Assembly (NCBI GenBank): GCA_977016875.1
Contig: CDRNST010000144.1
Location: 1,736,001-1,800,000 of the forward strand
Source of the DNA: Pavona decussata
Lineage: Eukaryota
Length of the DNA: 64,000 nucleotides
Direction of reading: 5' to 3'
In this document: piece by piece, positions 25,526-39,300 of the stretch
Numbering within the stretch: position 1 is the stretch's first letter
How the letters are laid out: every line of letters starts with the position of its first letter
Notes under the pieces: generated by a model
Databases searched by the model: none
What the model was told of the DNA's origin: nothing
The model's input: only the letters and a program-made list of their open reading frames with translations
Translations under genes and position numbers: made by a program

Positions 25526-27130
25526 TTGAAAAACAAGTCCCAGTACGAATTCCCAGGTTTCAACGCAGACTCTGAGACCAAGCAAAGAAGCTTTGCCCTC
25601 ATAAAAGATTGTAGAAAGTTTGAGTTCGCCCCCAGTAGTCGACCTCACTTTATTTGGGACGATAATCAGGTTTCCAAACGAGGCACGCAAACAGCAAAGC
25701 ACAACATAGCTATTGATGGTGTGAATACCTTAGTAAACGTGAAAAGAGGGCCCTGTGAAGGAGTAAAGAAGTATACTGGCCCTGACTGTTCCTACGTTGT
25801 CTCTAACAGACAAAAGGTGAATCGATGGGTACATCTCAAAGGCAGCTTTTCTCTCGTTTTCACTGTAGCATGTCCCACGCACATGGTTTACATATGGCCA
25901 TCCTGTGATGATGGAAGGCGATGGATTGGGGTTGTGCCAGGCACAAAACACTATCGCTCTACACCAGCACCACATATCTTGTCGAGCAAAGTCAAAGAAG
26001 ACATCCAAAAAGTGGTATCTGATGATAGTACTAAAACTAGTTAAGATATCATGAAAGGGTATGGACTTGGTTATGTCCCCGCTGAAGCCAGTTCACCTGC
26101 AGCCAACGCTGACCGTGTCAGGCGGGAGAGGAAGATGGCGCTTGGTAAATGGACATCTTGTCATAAAGAACTTCGTCCACTAGATGAGTTTCTTGGATTT
26201 GAGAACATTAGGAAAAAAGTGGAAGGCAACCAGTTTTGTGATGAAAACATGAATATCAGCGAACAAGTTAACAAAATGATGGGACAGTATCAGATGGAAG
26301 GAGGTGAGTATATTTTCACGCCTTCTAGGAAGTATGTGTTCTTTATGTCGCCATTTCAATCATCTATTTTGAGTAAAGCAGAAGACCTATTCATGGATGT
26401 GACCTACAGTGGTAATGACGTTTTTCCATACCTCCTCAACATTGTAACTTTCAATGAATAAACGTACATGTATAACGCGGTCGCTAGGGTCATGTGCAGT
26501 AGGCAAGATAGCGAGACATATGCAAACTCGATAACCTCGATTTTCAATAAGGTTTTTAGGGATCACACCCATTTTATGAATGGCATAAATTTGAGGTCTA
26601 TACTCGTGGACTTCGACGATGCATAATACAAAGGACTAAAACAATGCATCGGTGACGAACTGGCCAGGAAAGTCATACGAGGATGCAGTGTTCATTGGCA
26701 ACGATCGGTCAATAGAGTTTGTAAGTTGGTTTGCCAAAGCGAGGCTGAATCGCGTTTCTTTAAATCCCTAGCTCTCAATATTGAACAAGAAACAGATAAA
26801 GAGAATGTGTACTTGATTTTCAATGTACTATCGGGCTCCAGAAAACTACAGGATGCCAAGGCGTTGATTGATACAGACCTGTCTTCTTCACTTGACAAGC
26901 TTGATAACCAAAACTGGAAAAAACTAAAGCATTGGAGCAGATGGTGGTGTCGGTTAAATCACCTAGCAATGTTTACAAGGGCCTTTAAGGAAATGAAAGA
27001 CAAGGATTGCGAACAGGGACCATGTACCACCAATCCAGTTGAAGCATTGAATCGATAATCATTGCAAGAGGGGTGCACTGTTCTTCATACGTTGATGGAG
27101 AACATTTTCCATGAAGATCGCTTACAGGCA
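25526..27130 (+). pseudogene. GCM-like zinc domain plus MULE/Mutator-type DDE transposase
   Basis: CEGVKK..PDC...CPTHMVYIW...RRWIG...H..TPAPH (GCM/WRKY-like); LFMDVTY, ILVDFDDA, GCSVHWQRSV (CxxH), CTTNPVEALNR; several stops; cut at about 27133 by a MITE-like insertion. Confidence 0.8.
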
Positions 27131-30100
27131 GTTAGGGATCGGTCATTATTTATCACCTGGGGGGGAGGATTTGGGGTTGAACACGATAAAATTAACAGTT
27201 GAGGCAATCGTAGCACAATTTATCACACCTGTGCGAGGATATGAAACTTGTCACAAATCCGTGATCTCCAGTTCTAAGAAAAAAAAGTTGCTATGAAGAA
27301 ACAAGCTTCAGTTGTATTTCTCGATGTAAATTGAATCTGTTTTCCTTTTTCTTCAGGGAGACTTTCAAATGGAGGAGGGTAGCTTTCCTTCACACCATGT
27401 TCAGCCCGAAACTGACCCGGGGATTAACTTGGTACCCGATATGCAAACGGTAAGCTACAGTGCAATTTATTTATTTATTTTTAGTTTCAGGTTGCTTGAA
27501 TTGAATGATATTCCTTCTCTGATCTCTGAAGACTCCAGTTCATATAATGTGCAAGTGTTGTAAATTATAAACTAAAAACACGCCTGTTATTCCAGGAGAT
27601 AGCTAAATCTATTGTTGTGGTGGATTATTTCTATTGGAGTGTACTTCTCCTGGAGGTCTGGCCGCCTAGAAAGCTTCCTTGACTTGTATATGTCCCATTG
27701 CAATTACCAGACGTGTTATGTTTATACATGGTATCTGTGTAACGTGGTGTTATTATTGTTTTATTGGATGAAAAATATATAAATCTATGAAAATGAGGGA
27801 AAGTGGAATGTTGTTGTTGCTAGCTCTCCATAACTTGTGTTTGTTCTTTATTCTAACATTTGAGACTGAAGCGTTTCTGATGCAACTATTTCAGGTCAAC
27901 ACTGAATCAGATGTAGCAAACAACAGCATAGCTGCTACTTCACATTCATTTGCATCAAGAGGAACACAAGAGCCTATTCCTCCATTGAGGCCTTACCAAG
28001 AAGCCCAAGATAGAACCAAAAGGGCCATACGTTAAGAAATAATTGAGACAATTAAGACAGTGGCGATGAAGTATGTACACTTTGAACCTGGACCACCTTT
28101 GATAAAACTAATGGAGGACATTGTGCAAAGTAGAAATTGGCAGCAAACATTTGGCTTTTCATTGCTACAACAACCATTTCATGAAAAAGCGATTTTCTGC
28201 GAACCTTAGCAAAGGAGTACAAGGCATGTAAGGACAAAGAGTCTACCAAACAAGTCAAGGACAATGCTAAGTTACAAAAACAGAAACTTTTGATTGGCAA
28301 TACAAAGACACAAAGCAAAATTGCTATAATTAGAGATACCCCCCTGGATGTAAACTCAAGGGTTGCAGCAGCCAAAAGGCTTGGCAGAATTCGTCACTAT
28401 GGGGACGAGAAACGAAGATTGCTTTCAATTGTGGCCCATGACTACCCATACACTTTTCTGCAAAATTTGTTTCAATGTTCCCCAAATACTATCACGGCAG
28501 CAAGAGTCCATGCTATCCTGTTTGGATGTCGTGGTGTTCCACCAAGTGAGTTTAAATTCAGCAGGCAGCGAGTAAGTTCAAAAACATAAGAAGAACTGAC
28601 AATTTCTTAATTGTGATGCCATTGCCAGAGCATCATCATGTCGGGGAGTCTTGGTTGATGGCAAAGAAACTGCTGTACGTTATTGGCAAGACTCCCTGAA
28701 GAGCATTGTACAGCAGTACCTTTTGGTAAACCCCAACAGTGTCAAGAGGACATTTATTTACACACACCTACCACAGAACTTTCGCATGAACACCATGCTT
28801 GCAGGACTGTGTAATTTGTGTGACAGTTACGGTCATACAAACTTTGATCTGATGTGTGAGCTTCCTCATGAAATTGCCAACCTGGGAGGAGAAGCAACCA
28901 ACATTGACTCTGCTTCTGTGGCAAGGCAGTTGAGGAACCACCAAACATTAGCAGAAAGTTAGCAGAAAGGCATTCTTCATGTTTGGAACTTTGCCTTACC
29001 CATGCTTTTGGTACTTGTTCAGAAGAACACCCTGATAGCCTACATGAAATGACAGGGTTTTATGTGGCTTGTGACAATCTTACATCAGCCCTCCAGGAAT
29101 CATCCAGTGGGGTTGCAAAAGAAAAGCTCAACCAGAAACTTCAAAAAACTGTCAACACCCATTGGGATTATGTCTCCCACCTCTTGCGCACAAAGCATCA
29201 AACAGACTATTACTAATACGTCCTGAAAAACTTGAAGCCTGGTGAGTGTGTTGTAGTAGTTGTCTACAAGATGAAGTTGGAATTAGGAAAGCGAACACGG
29301 GAGAATCAAAGGGAAGAGGGGCATCTCACTCCATGGGTTCTATGTTACTGCTCAAGTATTGCCAGACCAGGGATCTGCTGAGGTGATAGACCTATGGAGT
29401 AAGGACACAAAACAAGACACCTGGTGTATTCAGAGTGCCCTTGATGTTGGTTTTCACTGGCTTGAGACTGCATTCCAGGATTCAAGGTCTATTTGTTCTC
29501 TGGTAAGTGATATCTCTCACACCAGTTACTGAAGGTGGGCATATACAAGGGTGTAAAAGTTGATTGCTACAAGTACATGTAAAGGAGAGTTGCATTGTAT
29601 ACCTCACTGCTATGAGAGGACTTGTTTGAAGGGAAGTTTGGTTTGTTTCTCATACTGCAGCTATTACTTGTTTCTTGACGAGTAAGAAGTCCTTTTACTT
29701 TTCTCTTTAAATCAAAGGAATGTAAAATAATTGAATGTGCATACAAAGGTAGTTCTTGTTGTGCATCAGCTTTATTGGTCCTAATTATACACACATATTT
29801 CCAATGTTTCTTCATGCTTGTCCATTGTATATGTACCTAATATATCCAGTCACTGTTTCTGAGTGAATAAGAAAATTATTGAACCACAACAGAAATATTT
29901 AAAGGTGTACAGACTGCATAAAATTATGGTCCAAAATTGATACTTCAAACAGTAACACAAATGAAAGTATATTAGTTTGATGCTGTGAAAGAACATGGTC
30001 TCTAAATTTAGAGCTCACATATTTTTATTATTATTTTATTTTATTTGCAGACAATGGACCGCATTACCACAACACCAGTTTCTTGGCTTAATTGGCTGAA

Positions 30101-30799
30101 GTGAATGAAACCTTTGATTTGATACAGGCTGAGTACAACAACTTTGAGGCGGGAGAGGGCAAAACAGTTTTGGACGCCCATTTTGCCCACATAATTGTTC
30201 GCTGGGTACGTGTGGGAAACAACTTGGAGACTGGAGAACAGCTAATCTTGTGTCTGCAAGTCTAACTTGCCTTTTTGTACGTAAAACCAAGACGCACAAT
30301 CGATTGACACATTGTTGCAATCAGCTAAGCCGGGTCCCTGTAACGGCGTGAAACCAGTCTTGGTATTCATCTATATAGAGTTCCGGCTTGCTCCTAACCA
30401 TCGCCTTCTCTATCTGTTCAGATACCAGGCAAAGAAACGTTTATGCTAGCATATATTGGTCAAAATATTGTTCAAGAAACCAAACATAAACAATACAAAC
30501 ACGAGCTTACAAGACAAGATTCTTTGATTCTTTCCTTTTCTTCTCTTTCAGTTTACCTCGCCACGTTGCCGATACAATCTACGGATTTTTGAAACTCGTA
30601 AAAATAACATTGGCTGTTTCCTTTATGGAGCTCCCGTACAAATATTGGTGATAAATCACCCGCCACCTCAAGTCTTTGTACAGAACCTTCATGATTTTGC
30701 GAGTTCATCGATGAGCTTGGTAAATTATCGCTCGAATCATATTGTCGAATCATGTAAAAAAAATCCGGGTCTATACACAGCAATGAAATCAGCTGTAAC

Positions 30800-30950
30800 A
30801 ATATTAAATAAAAAATAAATCACTCTATTTAAGTGTCAATGTATTTAGCACAGAGCACTAATTGGGGACACTTTCCAGATCGAATTGGAATTTAGAAGTG
30901 TTGGTTTTTGAGGAGAGGGGAAAACCGGAGTACGCGGAGAAAAACCTCAA
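30800..30950 (-). mobile_element. SINE 3' fragment in a Sola3 intron
   Basis: ggtttttgaggagaggggaaaaccggagtacgcggagaaaaacctc core shared with the SINE at 45961-46128. Confidence 0.65.
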
Positions 30951-31635
30951 TGAGCAAAAAAATTTCCATACCACTAAGAAACCAGGTCCCTTTGCAAAAA
31001 CTGAACTTGTGTTAAGAGAACCTTGGACAAGATATTATTACTATTTATACGTCTTGTCTTATTCCCAGATGCATTGTTGGGGGTGGGGGGTAACCCTGCA
31101 TTAGCCAATTTAAAAGCAGCAGAGGACTGAGAACAAGTTTTTAAAATATGTCAATTGATGAACAACACATGTACATCTGTTATCCAATAAATTACGTTAG
31201 AAATAATCACCCTGCCAAGTTTGCAACTAAGGGGGTGATTAGATTTACTGAAAAAATGGCATAACAATCAGATAGTTCACCAATAATTTACAGATAGTTC
31301 TGCTCTCTCATCTCAAATTTGGTCCAACAGCCCTTGCAGTTTTTTTAGAAGTGACCACCTGCCTGTTTTAAGATGTCTGTTGCCATGTTTATTACACTGT
31401 AGAAATCTTTGCAATCAAATGGCTGTGTACTCCAGCATTATACTTTTTGTTGTAATGCTGTACTGTCCAAAGAGAAAAAAATGACCTGGAGTTTGCACAG
31501 CAGATGTCTAACCATAAATAATTGAATGTTTTTTGCAGAGCATCAAGAATACATCCTGCTTTCAGCTCTTGATAGACAGAGAAAAGGCACCAAAGAAAGT
31601 GGGCACCCTCAAGGATATATCCTTGTTTGGGAGCT

Positions 31636-32161
31636 TGTTACGAAAAATTGTTGCGTGACCGTTTGCTAATTTAGTCTAGAATATTCTCGCATATTTAATT
31701 AGTTTTGCATCATAGTGACTAAGCAGTTTCTGAAGCCGTTTACGTATGATCCCGTAAATAGATTTATATTGTAATGTTACTTTATTTAGTTGCGCCGGAA
31801 AGTTCTAGAATCTTACGCTCATTAGTATATAAGGAAATCGGTTTAGCTTTTAGAGAGGTTGTTGTTTATGAGAAGAGAGTACGTGTTTATCGTAGTGTGA
31901 CAAAGGTCACGTGTAAAGTTTGGCAGAGGCCGTGTTTATTGAAGTGTGACAGAGGTCGTGTGTATATTTGGCAGAGGCCGTGTTTATTCAAGTGTGACAG
32001 AGGGCGAACTGTAATTTACAAGCCTAGCGTGTGCTTGTTGTGAAGTTTTGTGTTGAATTTGCTACGCTCATTTGGAATAAATAACCTTGTTGTTGTTCCG
32101 ACAACCCTGCGTTCTGTTTAGACTACGAACTATTCGCCACTCACAAAACGAACTCGTAACA
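31636..32161 (+). repeat. 5' LTR
   Basis: tgttacg...cgtaaca; differs from the 3' LTR at one position seen (gaccgtttg vs gaccgtatg). Confidence 0.98.
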
Positions 32162-32162
32162 T

Positions 32163-32179
32163 TGGGGGCCTGTCCGGGA
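32163..32179 (+). promoter_or_regulatory. Primer-binding site, tRNA-Pro type
   Basis: tgggggcctgtccggga resembles the canonical tRNA-Pro PBS TGGGGGCTCGTCCGGGA. Confidence 0.8.
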
Positions 32180-32308
32180 GAGTGGAATTCAAGGAACTGT
32201 TTGTTGTCTACCGATAACCAGGAAAGGATCGCAACTCGGAAGGAAGTAACTGTGCCGTAGAAACAAGTGGTAGCAAGTGAAAGAGCCTTGGAATTCTAAC
32301 GCTGTCAA

Positions 32309-35300
32309 ATGGAGAAACTTATGCAACTTGGTAAGGAGTTTGGACTAGAAGGTGAAAAGCTACTCGAATTTGTGCGTGAACAACAGAAGTTGGAAGAAGA
32401 GAGAGAAGAAAAAGAAAGACGTGAGGAAGAAGAGAGCAGAAAAACAAAGGCAGTTAGTAAAGGAGCAGAAGCTCGAGGAAGAAGAGAGAGCAGAAAGGCA
32501 AAGACGTGAGGAAGAAGAGAGAGCAGAAAGGCAAAGACGTGAGGAAGAAGAGAAAGCAGAAAGGCAGAGACGTGAGGAAGAAGAGAGGGAAGAGAGACGC
32601 AGACGCCAGGATGAAGAAAGGGAAGCGAGACGTCAGGAAAGAGAAATTAGGAAATTACAACATGAAGCTGACCTCATGAGACAGAAGGAAATTGCTGAGG
32701 CCGCCAAGAGAGAACATGAGTTGGAACTTGCTAGGTTAGCAGCAACGAATGGTGATGGTCGTACCGCAGAGAGAGATGATAGAGCTAAAGCGCCGAAACT
32801 TCCAGCGTTCGTGGATGGTAAAGATGATTTGGACGCATATTTGCAGAGGTTCGAGAGATTTGCAGATACAGCCAAGTGGCATAGAACTGGATGGGCATCA
32901 AAGCTCAGTGCTCTGTTGTCTGGACGGGCACTCAAAGTGTACTCACGCCTATCTGAAGAAGCAGCTAGAGATTACGGTAAAGTCAAGATTGCGCTGATGA
33001 AGAGATATGATCTCACAGAAGACGGCTATCGTCGTAAATTCAGAGCGTCTAAGCCGGAAGTTGACGAAAGTCCGGACCAGTTTATCGTGCGACTGGACAG
33101 GTACCTGTTACGGTGGCTAGAGCTTTCGGATACTGAGCGAACCTTTGACGGTCTAAAGGACTTGATAGTGAAAGAACAGTTTATTGACTCCTGCCCTAAG
33201 GATTTGGCCATTCACCTACGAGAAAGGGCACCTGAAACCCTAGCGCAGATTGCAAAGATCGCTGACCAGTACTTAGAGGCCCATGGTAAGCATTTGTTTA
33301 GCCCAGTGAGCAGAAAGCCGGTATTACCGCCTGAGAGGGAGGAAGCCAAGAACACACAGTCTAATTCAACAGCCCTCCAGTGCTTTAGGTGTAACGCTCG
33401 TGGTCATAGAGCCGCCAACTGCCCAACCATAGGAAAAAGGTGTTTTCTGTGTGGCAAGCAAGGACACGAAGCTAGAAACTGTCGATCAGGTGGACGGAGA
33501 TCCGGAGGACAAAGTAAGGATGGTAACCCTGTGCAACGTGGTCAAGTGAGCGCCAGTTGCTTAGTCCAGCAGACTGAGAGTAAACCCACAGCGGAAGAAG
33601 TTAAGTCCTGTATGAAAGATGAGAAGCTGCTGTTAGCCTGTGGTAAGAAGATTCCATTATTGAGTAGCGCCTGTGTTGAACCTTTGTCTGGAGTGAGAAG
33701 TAAAATGCCTGTAGTGAAAGGTAGAGTTGGAGAGAAGTCTGTTGATGTCCTGAGAGACACTGGCTGTAGCGGAATAGTAGTAAAGAAGGATCTTGTGTCT
33801 GAGGATCAGTTCACTGGCGAATTTAATGTTATGCTGCTCATCGACAACACGGCAAGGAAAGTGCCCATTGCAAAGATTGACGTTGATACACCTTATCTCA
33901 AGGGCCAAGTGGAAGCGCAGTGTCTTCCCGATGCTGTTTATGATTTAATTGTTGGTAATGTACCAGGCGCGAGAGCTGCTGACGACCCAGATCCAAGCTG
34001 GCAAGATCATGTGCAAGAGGCGTGTGCTGTAACCACGAGAGGTCAAGCAAAGAAGGCCGGAGAACGTATCCCATTGAAGGTACCGAGTACTAAAGAAAGT
34101 CCTGTAGTTGATAGAGAAAAGCTCAAACAAATGCAAAATGATGACGAGAGCTTACAAAAATATTGGGAGCGAAATGATGTAGTTGTGAGAGGCCAGGCTG
34201 AGATTTCATTTGAAGTGAAAGGTGGAGTTTTGTACCGCGTCTACAAACACCCTTACGTGAATAATGGTAAACCCCTGAAGCAAGTTATGGTTCCTGTGCA
34301 GCTGAGAAGTCGGATCATGGAACTAGCTCACGGATCGCTCATGGGAGGTCACATGGGAATAAAGAAGACGGCTGATAAGATTCAAAGCGCATTCTATTGG
34401 CCAGGTATTCAAGGGGACGTGACTCGTTACTGCAAGTCATGTGATGTATGTCAGAAGACGGTTAACAAGGGTTCTGTACCGAAGGTTCCCCTGGAGAAGA
34501 TGCCATTAATTGACAAGCCGTTCAAGAGAGTAGCAATCGATCTGGTTGGGCCTATTGGCCCCCCGAGTGAAGACGGTCATAGATACATATTGACGTTGGT
34601 CGACTTTGCAACCCGTTATCCTGAAGCTGTCCCGCTCAAAAACATTGATACGGAGACTGTGGCGGAAGCGTTGGTGGATATCTTCAGTCGTTTAGGAGTG
34701 CCTGAAGAGATCTTGAGTGACCTCGGCACGCAATTTGTATCTGAGTGTATGAAGGAAGTGACACGGTTGTTGAGCATTAAACAGCTCACTACGACTCCTT
34801 ATCACCCTATGTGTAATGGCCTGACGGAGAAGTTTAATGGAACCATGAAAAGTATGTTAAAGAGATTGTGCAGCGAGCAGCCGAGACAGTGGAATCGTTA
34901 CATCAACGCTTTATTGTTTGCGTATCGTGAAGTTCCTCAGGAGTCTACTGGTTTTTCGCCGTTTGAGTTGCTGTATGGAAGAGCTGTCAGAGGGCCGATG
35001 TTTATTCTTAAAGAGCTCTGGACGAAAGAGTTGGAGGAACCTGAAGTAAAGAACAGCTACCAGTATGTGTTGGAGCTACGTGAGAAGCTGGAAGATACCC
35101 TCAAGCTTGCGCATACTGAACTTCAGAAAGCACAGCACAAAGGCAAGCATTACTACGATCGTAAGGCTAAAGCCAGAAGGTTTGCACAAGGAGATAAAGT
35201 ATTAATACTGCTACCGACCGACCATAACAAGCTTCTAATGCAGTGGAAAGGTCCATTTGAGGTTAGTGCAGTAGTGGGTCTCACTGATTATAAGGTGTGT

Positions 35301-36908
35301 GTCAAAGGAAAGGAGAGAGTTTACCATGCCAACCTGCTAAAGAAGTATTTTGAACGAGAGGATTCTGTACCCGTTGGAGCAGTGGCTGTCGAAGTGAACG
35401 CTGACATTAGTAAGAGCGGACATGCTAAAAATGAAGCAGAAGAAGTTGATCCTGTGGATGGTGTTGATTTTTTAGAAATTGGTGGATATGTCGCTAAAGA
35501 GTCAATCAAAGATGTGGCTACTGGAGATAACCTTACTGATGAGCAAAGAGCAGAGTTCAAAGACCTTGCAAGTCAGTTTCAAAGCTTGTTTACAGAAGCT
35601 CCAGGTACTACAAGTTTGGCTCAACATCATATAAAACTTACATCCGATCAACCAGTCAGATCAAGACCTTACCCAGTACCGTATAGCCTGAGAGAATCGC
35701 TGAAGAAGGATATTACAGACATGATGAAGATGGGAGTTATAAGAGAGTCAAGTTCATCATATGCCTCACCTGTCGTGGTTGTTAAGAAAAAAGACAACAC
35801 AAATAGGATATGCGTGGACTACCGGAAGTTGAACAAATTAACTGTGTTTGACCCTGGACCTATGCCGACTGCCGAGCATTTGTTCCAGAAGTTGAATGGT
35901 GACAAGTATTTCACAAGAATTGATTTGAGTAAGGGCTACTGGCAAATTTCTATCCCTGAGGAAGACATACCAAAGACCGCTTTTGTGACGCCTGACGGAT
36001 CATACGAATTCCTGAAGATGCCGTTTGGTATGATCAACTCCGCAGCGATCTTAAAGAGAGCCATGAAGAAGCTATTGCATGGAATGGATAACGTAGAGTT
36101 TTACTGGGATGATATTTTGGTTCACACCCGTACGTGGGAAGAACACATCAAGATACTACAAGAGTTGTTTACACGATTATTAGCAGCTGGAATGACCATA
36201 AGACCGACTAAATGTCTTTTTGGAGTTAACGCTGTTGACTTTCTCGGTCATCGTTTGGAGGGAGGTTTAATTGGTCTTCATCAAGACAACGTGGCAAAGA
36301 TTAGAGATGCTCCAAGACCTACTACAAAGAAGCAGATAAGATCGTTCATGGGTTTAGCCGGATATTATCGAGATTTTATTCCCAACTTCGCAGCCTTAGC
36401 TGCCCCGCTGACAGACCTCACGCGCAAAGGTCAACCGAACAAAGTCGAATGGGGCGAGGCACAAGAGAAAGCCTATCAGAGTATTAAGGCCCTCCTCACA
36501 AAAGAACCAATCCTGCGGCTGCCAGATCCAGAGAAAACCTACTTTCTGCGGACTGATGCCTCCGACAGTGGTATTGGTGCTGTACTAATGCAGGAACATG
36601 ATGGCAAGCTGTTCCCCGTTTGCTACGGTAGCAAGAAATTATCAAGTGCGGAGCGTAATTACTCAACCATTGAGAAAGAGTGTTTAGCCATTGTGTGGGG
36701 ATTCAACAGGTTTCACCTGTATTTATACGGAGTTCCCTTTGTACTGCAAACTGATCACGAACCACTGAAGTATATCAACAGTGCGAAGTTCGCTAATGGA
36801 CGGCTCATGCGTTGGGCTATGTTTCTTCAGAGCTACAACTTTAGAGTTGAGGCTATCAAGGGATCCGAGAATGTAGGAGCAGATTATCTGAGCAGAGTAG
36901 AGGAATAA
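32309..36908 (+). CDS. Gag-Pol polyprotein (one frameshift near 32435)
   Basis: ATG 32309 (MEKLMQLGKEFGLEG), E/R coiled coil, two CCHC knuckles, LRDTGCS protease, HHCC + D,D,E integrase with GPF, RT (YWDD), RNase H (TDAS, EKECLA, TDH, ADYLSR). Confidence 0.95.
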
Positions 36909-37004
36909 CTTTAGAGACATTGGACTACCTCCTCTCTTTGCACTATTTAATTAATTTTTCGTCGTTAGTAGAAATTTAAGAAATTTCTTCTCAAGAGGGG
37001 GTTA

Positions 37005-37530
37005 TGTTACGAAAAATTGTTGCGTGACCGTATGCTAATTTAGTCTAGAATATTCTCGCATATTTAATTAGTTTTGCATCATAGTGACTAAGCAGTTTCT
37101 GAAGCCGTTTACGTATGATCCCGTAAATAGATTTATATTGTAATGTTACTTTATTTAGTTGCGCCGGAAAGTTCTAGAATCTTACGCTCATTAGTATATA
37201 AGGAAATCGGTTTAGCTTTTAGAGAGGTTGTTGTTTATGAGAAGAGAGTACGTGTTTATCGTAGTGTGACAAAGGTCACGTGTAAAGTTTGGCAGAGGCC
37301 GTGTTTATTGAAGTGTGACAGAGGTCGTGTGTATATTTGGCAGAGGCCGTGTTTATTCAAGTGTGACAGAGGGCGAACTGTAATTTACAAGCCTAGCGTG
37401 TGCTTGTTGTGAAGTTTTGTGTTGAATTTGCTACGCTCATTTGGAATAAATAACCTTGTTGTTGTTCCGACAACCCTGCGTTCTGTTTAGACTACGAACT
37501 ATTCGCCACTCACAAAACGAACTCGTAACA
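37005..37530 (+). repeat. 3' LTR
   Basis: Near-identical to 31636-32161. Confidence 0.98.
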
Positions 37531-39012
37531 GAGCTTCACTTTTCCACTAGAAGGAAAACATGCTGGAGGTCTGGTTGCAAGGTCGTTGGCAGCAGTGGGA
37601 AAGGAGCTCAAGAGAACTAAGCAACAGTTGCAAGCACTGTCTGGAAGAACGAGCCCACTTGCTGGTGCGACAGGAGCCACTATCCAGCAAGAGTCAACAC
37701 CAGTGGCCAGAGTACAATCCCAGCCCAGAGTACCTGCTGCTATTTATAGCATCAATTTGTTCAGCATGCAGCCGATTCTCTCATCACAGCAAACAGAGTC
37801 AGAGTAGAGCGATATCCTCATAGTGAGAAGCAGCCGTTACCCGCCTTTGCCTTGAAGAAAGGCAGTGGAAAACACGTGACGTCTACCTTGGCACAAAAAG
37901 AAGTAATGATAGAATTTTACGAACGTCAAGCTACCCAGGGAATTCGTGCAAACCCAAAGGATGCAATCGAGGTAATGAGGCAGCGTGGTATTAAAGCCCT
38001 AAAGGAAATCCAAATACGCAGTTGGTGGAGCTCATACCACCAAAAAATGAAAAATGCTGTCAACAATCTCGCTGAAGAGGTTAACATGATCTCCACGTCA
38101 AGAAGTGAACAAAACCATGCTGCAGTACAGCCGAGAGAGAACGTTTTAGATGAACCAATCAGTGGAGGTCCACAGCAACCAACCTGTAATGCACCATCAA
38201 GCACCTTTTTGCTCCTTTGGAAAAATTCCAATGGTCCCGTTGACACTTGAGGTGCCAGGATTGTCACTGGAAGCACCAGAATTTACAGAAGAAATATCAC
38301 CTGCAAAGCCAAACACAGTCAATGTTTGTAGTGCATTAACAAGAATACATTGACCACGTTCCTAAGTGATTTCGCTGTTCTGGAATTAGGACATATACTA
38401 CCAGCTTCACAAGTTTGTAGATAAAAAGGGAAACAAAGAATAATAAATTTCGATCTCACACATATCACATAAATTTTGATACTGAGGTTCAAATTGTGTG
38501 AGTTTGGCTGCCAATTGTTCTAGTACTAATTAGGGTAGCCTGGAACCACAGACTATTTCTGGTCATCACATAGATCTCCATCGGAAAAACCTGGAATCTG
38601 ATGCTTTCGCAGGCTAGTACAAGGGCTGTTAAGGAAGATAAACCCAATTAAGCTCCTTTAAGTCCTATTGTTTTGTCTGTTTTGTCTTTTGTTGAGAGTT
38701 TCGTAACAAAATATTCAAAAGTGATATTCATGCAGCTACTGGCAGTACTTCAATATTATTCCATATCACCAGGAAGTCTGAAGAGTTGGTTATATGTTAG
38801 AAATATATCAATTAATAATGATGATTGATTTTGCCACATTACTTTGCAAGCTGTTAATAACAGGACAGAAATTATACATGACAGGAAGTTTACAATATTG
38901 AATCACATTTATCTTCCTTTCCATCTTCTTCCTCTAGGTGTAAAGCTAGCCTTTTTGACACTCCAAGCTTATATCCCTTCAATTTAAATGTGTAGAACAT
39001 GTCTATTTTTTA

Positions 39013-39300
39013 TTAGTAAAATTTGACTAGTGGCCTATTATCAATGCTGCAATGTGATTGGTTGAGCTACTACTAGGCTACCTATATGTTATGGCCCACT
39101 AGTAGCAAAAAGCGACGGCTTTGAAAGGTAAAACGATGGCTTTAAGTCTAGCTTTAACTAGCTAAAGTTGTTTTGTCTCAATATTTTTGGCCAACTAGTT
39201 GGATTTTACTAAAACATTATTTCATTTCCCTCGCCCTCATGGCCTATGAGTCAATAGCTATTGCCTCAGAGCCCAGTCAGGCTTGAGGAAAAATTGTTAA
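39013..39300. mobile_element. Small non-autonomous repeat, Crypton-like ends
   Basis: Ends ...ctcgccctcatggcctatgagtcaatagc...gaggaaaaattgttaa, related to the ttaacaattattcc terminus at 51686; family from recollection only. Confidence 0.5.

Larger units (their letters stand above)
31636..37530 (+). mobile_element. Full-length Gmr1-type Gypsy LTR retrotransposon
   Basis: 526-bp LTRs (TG...CA), 5-bp TSD gagct (31631-31635, 37531-37535), PBS, PPT aagaggggg (36993-37001); domain order gag-PR-IN-RT-RH. Confidence 0.98.
27896..38090 (+). pseudogene. Intron-containing Sola3-type DDD transposase, interrupted by the Gmr1 element
   Basis: VV(D>V)YKMK..RENQR..KRGISLHG, KQD, FS|DNGPHYH (intron 29503-30050, GT-AG), NFEAGEGKTVLDAHFAH, C-terminal QKEVMIEFY...QIRSWWS; exon SIKNTS...LFG|SFTFP split by the LTR element. 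Confidence 0.75.

Noticed and set aside
31774-32043. Identical 89-aa ORFs here and at 37143-37412
   Set aside because: Incidental ORF within the two LTRs.
38535-38616. tagcctg...caggcta mini-element as terminus of the Sola3 block
   Set aside because: Only 7-bp inverted ends, no TSD, no matching partner upstream.
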